A DNA stretch of 31,774 nucleotides from NCBI GenBank assembly GCA_964467765.1, contig CAYXSS010000010.1, positions 1-31,774 on the forward strand, in the 5' to 3' direction. The translations under genes and the position numbers were made by a program. Below the pieces are notes generated by a model. It was not told where the DNA came from and made no database searches. It worked only from the letters and a program-made list of their open reading frames with translations. The stretch is from an uncultured Candidatus Saccharibacteria bacterium (GTDB lineage: Bacteria; Patescibacteriota; Minisyncoccia; UBA6257; 2-01-FULL-56-20). Positions 27,139 through 31,774 of the stretch are shown here, piece by piece (the first letter of the stretch is position 1; the number at the start of each line of letters is the position of its first letter).

Positions 27139-27166
27139 TAACTTGTTGGCTGCCGTTGGTCTCTTA

Positions 27167-27200
27167 CCCCGCCCCATACTGGGGCGGGGTTGCCGTTTGT
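27167..27200 (+). terminator. Terminator: CCCCGCCCC-ATACT-GGGGCGGGG followed by a T-rich tract.
   Basis: 9-bp all-GC stem plus TTGCCGTTTGTT, after P4. The extended -10 TGTTATAAT of P5 (27198-27206) follows immediately. Confidence 0.65.
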
Positions 27201-27206
27201 TATAAT
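27198..27206 (+). promoter_or_regulatory. Extended -10 element (TGTTATAAT) for pilin P5.
   Basis: Seen directly, 43 nt upstream of the ATG at 27249. Confidence 0.45.
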
Positions 27207-27248
27207 GATTTGTACATACTAAAAGGTCTCAAAAAACACACGGCCAAA

Positions 27249-27569
27249 ATGAAAAAAATTAAAATTTCTTTGACATCGCTTCTGCTGCCCGTGTCCGTGT
27301 TGGCGCAAAACAACCAATCTCCGATAAATTCCGCGAAGGATATTATCGAACTTTTTAAAAAATTTCTTTACTGGATTGCGACGGCGTTTTGGATTTGGGC
27401 CGTCATCGCCATAATCTACGCCGGGTTTCTGTATCTCACCGCGGCGGGAGATTCCGAAAAACTGGACAAGGCCAAAAAACAGCTTCTTTATTCCGTCATC
27501 GCCGTAGCGATAGGACTCGTGGCTTACGGAGTTCCGGCGATTGTAAACAGTATTTTGAACAGGCAATAA
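27249..27569 (+). CDS. T4SS-type pilin paralog P5.
   Basis: 106 aa. Start taken at the internal ATG (MKKIKISLTSLLLPVSVLAQ). Core WIATAFWIWAVIAIIYAGFLYLTAAGDSEKLDKAKKQLLYSVIAVAIGLVAYGVPAIVNSI. Confidence 0.7.
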   Translation: MKKIKISLTSLLLPVSVLAQNNQSPINSAKDIIELFKKFLYWIATAFWIWAVIAIIYAGFLYLTAAGDSEKLDKAKKQLLYSVIAVAIGLVAYGVPAIVNSILNRQ

Positions 27570-27600
27570 AAAAGAGTCCGGACGAAAAGGAAATGAAAGT

Positions 27601-27633
27601 CCCCACACCGATTCGATGTGGGGATTCTGTTTC
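27601..27633. terminator. Bidirectional terminator hairpin CCCCACA-N9-TGTGGGG between converging genes.
   Basis: 7-bp stem with T-rich sequence on both sides. Sits between the P5 end and the end of the minus-strand gene 27632-28141. Confidence 0.5.
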
Positions 27634-28141
27634 AGTTGAGGTAGATGGTTATGGGAATGTTTCTACCGGAATTGTTTTTGAAACGCATTCCGGTAAGAAA
27701 CCTGTTTCCGTCCGCAGGCCTGTACGTCCGCAAAAGCGGATTGAGCTCAATCGGATCCTCTTTTGTGCCGTCTGAATAGGCGAATTGAATGTCGATCTTC
27801 TCTTTTCCTTCGGCAAGAAATCTGTTTGCGCCGACAGGCCTCGCCTGCCAATCTGTCCAACAGTCGCCGGACGAGATGACAAGCTCCACCTTATTTGCGT
27901 TCGGCAGAATGCTGTAACCGTTGCCGCAGCCGATTGTCGGAGCCGAAGAACTGGACTGAATGTGCCCGCCGATCCACTTCTTGGCCGCGGCAATCCGATC
28001 GTTCTTCATCGCCCAAAAAATCGCGCCGGCAAGCAAAGCGGTGAAAAACAGGAGTTTGCTTATACTGCCCACATTTTTCGAGATCCTATCGGCAGTCTGC
28101 TCGGAAATTACCGGCTCCGTCTTCTTCACTCCGATATTCAC
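27632..28141 (-). CDS. Membrane-anchored secreted protein, 169 aa, co-operonic with the SPFH protein (4-nt overlap); possible NfeD-like partner.
   Basis: N-terminal TM helix LLFFTALLAGAIFWA plus a beta-rich C-terminal domain. The NfeD-like call rests only on architecture and adjacency to an SPFH gene. Confidence 0.45.
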   Translation of the reverse strand: MNIGVKKTEPVISEQTADRISKNVGSISKLLFFTALLAGAIFWAMKNDRIAAAKKWIGGHIQSSSSAPTIGCGNGYSILPNANKVELVISSGDCWTDWQARPVGANRFLAEGKEKIDIQFAYSDGTKEDPIELNPLLRTYRPADGNRFLTGMRFKNNSGRNIPITIYLN

Positions 28142-29280
28142 TGGCGGCCTCCTTTCTTGTTCTTGCGTCCGTCATCGTTGTTCCGAGGACCTCCTCCGAA
28201 AATGCCCTGCATGCCCAAAAAGACGTTCGCGCGGCTTCCGTTCGGAGCGTAAATTTGGGCCTGGTTGGGCACTATCCGCCTGTCGTTTTCGGCCTGAACA
28301 ATGGACCAGGCAAAATCTGGACTTGCGCCCGTGCCGATTATGGCCCCGGCTGCTTCAACTTTCTTTTCCATCGACCTTTCAAGGAGGCTCGCTCTGCGCT
28401 CCGCTTCCCGGGCTTCTTTTGTCTCGCCGGTCCAGTCGATTTTGGAAATAGTCACCAGCTCGACATCAATGCCGTAAAGCTCTTCGATCATCGATCTGTC
28501 GGAGGAAGTAACCGCGCCGTCGATAAGGTCTTTCGTCTTGGAGTGGTTCGTTCTCAGGAAATCCAGGAGTCCGCCCACTTTGATATTCTCTTGGAACTGC
28601 GGCTGATATTTGCTGCTCCGCTTCAACCAGCACTCCAGAAGATCGGAAAGGGCGTGCACGTGCTTGCGAAGCTTGTCTGCCGGGATCAGGTTGGCATTGG
28701 CCATAATCTTTTCCTGCGACGCCTTGAGGATGCCCTCGTTGATCGTCTCTTTTGAATTTTCCACGCAAATACTGCGTCCCTCTCTCCGAACTCCGGGGTC
28801 GAGGCGGTACTGTACTTCCACGTCGCCCTTCATCCACTCGCCGTCTTTCGAGGTAAACTCCACCTCGAACGGAATGGAGATAAGCTCGTTCGGAACGGAA
28901 AATATCTCATCAACCCAAGGCAGGGTCAAACGCCAGCCTTCGCCAACCACTTCTCCGGTCGGTTTGCCAAGGCGATAAACGATGCCCATATACCCCTTGG
29001 GCACGTCCCAGATCATCTTCCGGACGACGAAAAGAACGAGTCTCGTAAGTCTCGGCGTAAGGAACAAACCCGCGAGAGCAAACGCAACGAGCCACTTCGT
29101 TCCGCCAATCGCGTACAGGCCAAAAAGTGCCACCGCGGCAATCACTAAGACGAAAACGACAACACAAGTAACGTGAGCGCCTCGGTTCGCAAAAACATTG
29201 CCGAGCGAACTCTCTACAGCACCGCCGAATTTCTTCAAAACCTCGCGCGCTCTATCGAGCATTTCAAAAAATCTTTTCAT
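28138..29280 (-). CDS. SPFH/band-7 (stomatin/prohibitin/HflC-like) membrane protein.
   Basis: 380 aa. N-terminal TM helices followed by a band-7-like core (MGIVYRLGKPTGEVVGEGWRLTLPWVDEIFSVPNELISIPFEVEFTSKDGEWMKGDVEVQYRL) and a C-terminal coiled/charged tail. Confidence 0.7.
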   Translation of the reverse strand: MKRFFEMLDRAREVLKKFGGAVESSLGNVFANRGAHVTCVVVFVLVIAAVALFGLYAIGGTKWLVAFALAGLFLTPRLTRLVLFVVRKMIWDVPKGYMGIVYRLGKPTGEVVGEGWRLTLPWVDEIFSVPNELISIPFEVEFTSKDGEWMKGDVEVQYRLDPGVRREGRSICVENSKETINEGILKASQEKIMANANLIPADKLRKHVHALSDLLECWLKRSSKYQPQFQENIKVGGLLDFLRTNHSKTKDLIDGAVTSSDRSMIEELYGIDVELVTISKIDWTGETKEAREAERRASLLERSMEKKVEAAGAIIGTGASPDFAWSIVQAENDRRIVPNQAQIYAPNGSRANVFLGMQGIFGGGPRNNDDGRKNKKGGRQ

Positions 29281-29394
29281 TTGCCCACCTACCTTTCTTT
29301 CTTTGTTTTGTGAATTTGATGCTGCCTAGATACTACCATAAAATGGCCTATTTGTCAAAATAGCCGGCGGACGATAGGATTTAAGCTGGAATGC

Positions 29395-29476
29395 GGGCGG
29401 GTGGCGGAATTGGCATACGCGCAGCGCTTAGAACGCTGTCCCGAAAGGGTTGTGGGTTCAAATCCCACCCCGCCCA
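29395..29476 (+). tRNA. tRNA-Leu, anticodon UAG, type II with a long variable arm; CCA not encoded.
   Basis: Folded by hand. Acceptor GGGCGGG/CCCGCCC; 3-bp D-stem; anticodon stem CAGCG/CGCTG with loop CTTAGAA; variable hairpin CCC-GAAA-GGG; T-arm GTGGG-TTCAAAT-CCCAC; discriminator A. Confidence 0.8.
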
Positions 29477-29619
29477 CGAAAATGCGGGATTTGAACGCCG
29501 GAGCAAAGATTTTCAGCAGAAAATTTTTGCGAGGCGGTGCCCAGACCAAACGCGAGCGACGGCGAGTATTTGAGTCGCGGGCAAATCCCACCCCGCCCAC
29601 GAAAATGCGGGATTTGAAC
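29477..29619 (+). repeat. tRNA-3'-associated element, copy 1. Layout: 20-nt spacer; ~86-nt core (29497-29582) containing a perfect 12-bp hairpin GCAAAGATTTTC-AGCA-GAAAATTTTTGC; then a 37-nt direct duplicate of the tRNA-Leu 3' end plus spacer (29583-29619 duplicates 29460-29496).
   Basis: Seen directly. The core recurs reverse-complemented at 31226-31310 with only 3 substitutions over ~85 nt. Confidence 0.75.
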
Positions 29620-29656
29620 AGGGAGAAGTGGGCAAGCCTTTCTTATAGATAAAAAG

Positions 29657-29681
29657 AAGCCTCGCCGTTGCCGCGAGGCTT
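29657..29681 (-). terminator. Terminator hairpin AAGCCTCGC-N7-GCGAGGCTT with a U-run on the minus strand, for the gene 29711-30031.
   Basis: 9-bp stem. The minus strand is followed by CTTCTTTTTATCTAT. Confidence 0.55.
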
Positions 29682-29710
29682 GCCAGCACTAGAATGCTGG
29701 GCTTTGTGGA

Positions 29711-30031
29711 TTAGTCGAGACCCTCTTCTCTCGCCGTCGCGATCTCTTCGACGTAGGATTGGCGGAGCTCCGCGAATGATGGCCGCTCAAACGGCTCGAA
29801 GGATACGAGACAATCAACCACGAAATTCACGTACGGGTCGTCCGTCGCCTTGGGGAAATCGGAGCCATCGCCAATGGCTTCCTCAATCTTCCGAAGCTGT
29901 TCTTCCGAGAGCTCGTGCGTCACCCGAGGATAGCGTTTCCGCCCCTCATTCTGGTTGTCGTGCGCGAAAGGTACTAATGGTTTTTGGCAGCCTTTCAGAC
30001 GCCGCGCCAAATCTGCTGTTGAAATCCGCAT
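29711..30031 (-). CDS. Hypothetical protein, 106 aa, on the islet; GC-richer than its neighbours.
   Basis: ATG at 30031 preceded by a strong SD (GGAGAAAGGAGGAAGATAAAT). Noticeably higher GC than flanking genes. No recognised domain. Confidence 0.45.
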   Translation of the reverse strand: MRISTADLARRLKGCQKPLVPFAHDNQNEGRKRYPRVTHELSEEQLRKIEEAIGDGSDFPKATDDPYVNFVVDCLVSFEPFERPSFAELRQSYVEEIATAREEGLD

Positions 30032-30228
30032 ATTTATCTTCCTCCTTTCTCCTTGGTAGATTACAGCATATCCAGTAATCACTTGTCAAACGCTCGTAAT
30101 GGCTTGGTAGTTTGGAATGTCGGACAAGCAAGAACCCTTGGAAATCTACGACTTGGCAAAATAATGTGCACGCCTCACGGCAAATAAATAAAATTATCCC
30201 GCGCCTTACGGTGCGGGATGAAAATTTT

Positions 30229-30921
30229 TTACTTGCTTTTCCTTTTGAGGACAATCTGATAATCCAGAGTGTCTTGCTTCAAAGTCTTGTCGCTTCGTTT
30301 CAACATCACTTCTTGGTGACCAACCACGACACCGCCATCGTCAACTACTTCTACAAGGCGGGTGTAATAAGGCGTGTCATAACAGTCGCCGCTCTTCAAA
30401 ATTTGCGCAGCTTCGTAGGAGGTGTTTACGCGTCTTTTGTATTCATCTTTGACGTCTTCAAATACACCGCTTACTCCGATTTTCAAAGACTCTGTTTTTG
30501 CGGAAGCGCTCGTTAACGCCTCAACGGTAGCGGCATAAAGCCAGTAGCGAATTTCGTCTTTCCATTCTTTTCTTTCCACTTTTATCTGCGGAACGCGCTG
30601 GATAAACCTAGTGATGGAATAATTCAGTTCTCCGAGAAATGCACCTTCGTAACCATAGCTTTTGCCAAGCTCATAAATTGTCGATGCTAGCTGGGACTCC
30701 GGACTAACTGATACCGGGTCGAATTTTGAAATAACCAACGAATTAAGAAGGTTGTGCAGCCTGATTCCGATTCCGACAAAAATCTGGTTGTAAAAAAAGA
30801 TCAATGACAGATTGTTTGTTATCTTTCCGGCCGCTTCTTTTGCCAAAACTTCAATCGCATCATCAAGAACATTTCTATCCTGCGATTTTCCATCTGTTTT
30901 TTCGCTAGGAACGTATGGCAT
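30229..30921 (-). CDS. Hypothetical protein, 230 aa, on the islet.
   Basis: Long ORF, soluble, no recognised motif. Confidence 0.5.
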   Translation of the reverse strand: MPYVPSEKTDGKSQDRNVLDDAIEVLAKEAAGKITNNLSLIFFYNQIFVGIGIRLHNLLNSLVISKFDPVSVSPESQLASTIYELGKSYGYEGAFLGELNYSITRFIQRVPQIKVERKEWKDEIRYWLYAATVEALTSASAKTESLKIGVSGVFEDVKDEYKRRVNTSYEAAQILKSGDCYDTPYYTRLVEVVDDGGVVVGHQEVMLKRSDKTLKQDTLDYQIVLKRKSK

Positions 30922-31005
30922 ATTTCCCTCTTTTTGGTTTAATTACCTGCTTTCAAAATACCCCCCCCGATGCGTCTGTCAAGCACGGTACGTGGCCATA
31001 CAAGG

Positions 31006-31079
31006 CAAGTGTTTTTCGGAGACTTGCGGAGCGCAACAGCGCGAGTATAAGAAATTTTTCAGTAAAAAAACTATGCCCA
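31006..31079 (+). repeat. Orphan copy, about 75% identical, of the segment at 25307-25383 (the pilin P2 5' leader region).
   Basis: Hand alignment: CAAGTGTTTT(G/T)CGG(GA/AG)ACTTGCGGAGCGC…GCGCGAG…AATTTTTCAGTAA…. The reading frame is preserved for 27 codons with conservative substitutions, then the similarity ends. Confidence 0.6.
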
Positions 31080-31187
31080 GCAAAACGCCTACCCGACGCC
31101 AACTGGCGAACTCCTGTTTTCCAACACGGTGAGAGATTGGCATTTCTCCCTGACCCCTTCTAAGGTTCAATTCCTCCCAATAAAAAA

Positions 31188-31202
31188 CCACACAGAGTGT
31201 GG
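31188..31202 (-). terminator. Terminator of the minus-strand tRNA operon: CCACAC-UCU-GUGUGG followed by UUUUUUAUU.
   Basis: The minus strand reads CCACACTCTGTGTGGTTTTTTATT immediately after the duplicated tRNA-Lys 3' end. Confidence 0.6.
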
Positions 31203-31203
31203 C

Positions 31204-31337
31204 TTGGTGCGGGCGGAGGGAATCGCCCGCGACTCAAACGCTCGCCGTCGCTCGCATTTGGTCTGGGCACCGCCTCGCAAAAATTTTCTGCTGAAAATCT
31301 TTGCTCCGGCGTTCGATTCCAGTTCTTTTGGAAAAGC
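31204..31337 (-). repeat. tRNA-3'-associated element, copy 2, on the minus strand. Layout: 27-nt spacer; ~85-nt core (31226-31310, reverse-complement of the copy-1 core); then a 22-24-nt direct duplicate of the tRNA-Lys 3' end including CCA (31204-31225 duplicates 31338-31359).
   Basis: Seen directly. Same order relative to its tRNA as copy 1: tRNA, spacer, core, tRNA-3' duplicate. Confidence 0.75.
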
Positions 31338-31338
31338 T

Positions 31339-31414
31339 TGGTGCGGGCGGAGGGAATCGAACCCCCAACTTACGGGTTAAAGGCCCGTTACTCTACCGAT
31401 TGAGTTACACCCGC
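31339..31414 (-). tRNA. tRNA-Lys, anticodon UUU, CCA encoded.
   Basis: Hand fold: acceptor GCGGGTG/CGCCCGC (one G·U pair); D-arm ACTC-AATCGGTA-GAGT; anticodon stem ACGGG/CCCGT with loop CCTTTAA (C at position 33 is atypical); T-arm GGGGG-TTCGATT-CCCTC; discriminator A; CCA. Confidence 0.7.
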
Positions 31415-31435
31415 ACCCTGTTTAAACCTGTCGAA

Positions 31436-31512
31436 TGGCAGAGGCGGCAGGATTCGAACCTGCAACCCTCGGCTTAGAAGGCCGATGCTCTGGTCCCTTG
31501 AGCTACGCCTCC
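31436..31512 (-). tRNA. tRNA-Arg, anticodon UCU, CCA encoded.
   Basis: Hand fold: acceptor GGAGGCG/CGCCTCT; D-arm GCTC…GAGC; anticodon stem TCGGC/GCCGA with loop CTTCTAA; T-arm GCAGG-TTCGAAT-CCTGC; discriminator G. Confidence 0.75.
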
Positions 31513-31521
31513 GCAAGTTTT

Positions 31522-31598
31522 TGGTGGGCCCACTCGGACTCGAACCGAGGACCAGCCGATTATGAGTCGGGTGCTCTAACCGCCTGAGCTATGAGCCC
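31522..31598 (-). tRNA. tRNA with CAU anticodon, either elongator Met or Ile2/lysidine type; not an initiator (1:72 is G-C).
   Basis: Hand fold: acceptor GGGCTCA/TGGGCCC; D-arm GCTC-AGGCGGTTA-GAGC; anticodon loop CTCATAA; T-arm CTCGG-TTCGAGT-CCGAG; CCA encoded. Confidence 0.7.
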
Positions 31599-31620
31599 AC
31601 CGTTTGCCAAGACTGCCAGT

Positions 31621-31649
31621 ATTATAACACCGAAAAAATTTTATGTCAA
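31621..31649 (-). promoter_or_regulatory. Consensus promoter of the tRNA operon: TTGACA, 17-nt spacer, extended TGTTATAAT.
   Basis: The minus strand reads GTTTGACATAAAATTTTTTCGGTGTTATAATACTGG, about 20 nt upstream of the tRNA-Met 5' end. Confidence 0.65.
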
Positions 31650-31673
31650 ACGAATCGGCTAGGTGGCAGCTGG

Positions 31674-31774
31674 CTATTTTCTTCTCCTTGAATGGAACGC
31701 TTTATGCACTTCCCGCAGCTCTTTGTTCGTAAGGTGCGTGTAAATTTGGGTTGTCGAAATATTAGAGTGGCCAA
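31674..31774 (-). CDS. C-terminal fragment of a tyrosine recombinase (XerC/XerD/integrase family); the gene continues beyond the window.
   Basis: Minus-strand translation ends …IYTHLTNKELREVHKAFHSRRRK*. This matches the conserved C-terminal Tyr-containing motif (…YTHV…L…V…HP) of tyrosine recombinases. Confidence 0.5.
   Translation of the reverse strand, partial: GHSNISTTQIYTHLTNKELREVHKAFHSRRRK

Noticed and set aside
1-31774. CRISPR arrays or cas genes.
   Set aside because: No regularly spaced short direct repeats were found. The only repeats are the tRNA-associated element copies, the GC-rich leader repeats and gene paralogs.

Overview
The window looks like a stretch of a small-genome bacterial chromosome, CPR/Patescibacteria-like. 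That assignment is an inference from gene content: an array of TrbC/VirB2-type (T4SS-type) pilin genes, two Wzy_C (O-antigen-ligase/O-oligosaccharyltransferase-like) membrane proteins, a giant S/T-rich surface protein, and otherwise compact housekeeping genes.

Firm housekeeping calls are an ECF sigma factor with a downstream membrane protein, HU, ClpB, RNase Y, cofactor-independent phosphoglycerate mutase (gpmI), a GalU-like nucleotidyltransferase, and an SPFH/band-7 protein.

The accessory-looking content is in four places:
1. A surface-glycosylation-like neighbourhood at 3.6-17.9 kb: a Wzy_C+TPR protein, a 1132-aa signal-peptide/peptidoglycan-binding/S-T-rich repeat protein, GalU, and a second Wzy_C paralog followed by a separate membrane-anchored protein.
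2. A 23.0-27.6 kb operon-like block: a holin-family-4-like membrane protein, an orphan ABC substrate-binding protein, and five tandem T4SS-type pilin paralogs. Two of the pilins carry Cys-rich extra domains.
3. A 1.6-kb islet at 29.4-31.4 kb carrying two ORFs of unknown function and atypical composition. It is bounded by two inverted copies of an ~85-nt core element. Each copy sits immediately 3' of a tRNA gene (tRNA-Leu(UAG) on + and tRNA-Lys(UUU) on -), and each is followed by a direct duplication of that tRNA's 3' end. This is an att-like signature in a miniature, non-coding element.
4. Four tRNAs in total (Leu; and a Lys-Arg-Met/Ile operon with a consensus promoter and terminator), plus a XerC/D-type tyrosine-recombinase C-terminus running off the window end.

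Smaller observations: recurrent extended -10 promoters (TGTTATAAT), several clean rho-independent terminators, palindromic operator candidates, a conserved ~75-nt segment shared between a pilin 5' region and an orphan copy inside the islet, a GC-rich repeat leader, and a possible small RNA upstream of the surface-protein gene. Most six-frame ORFs nested inside the GC-rich surface-protein gene are judged spurious.
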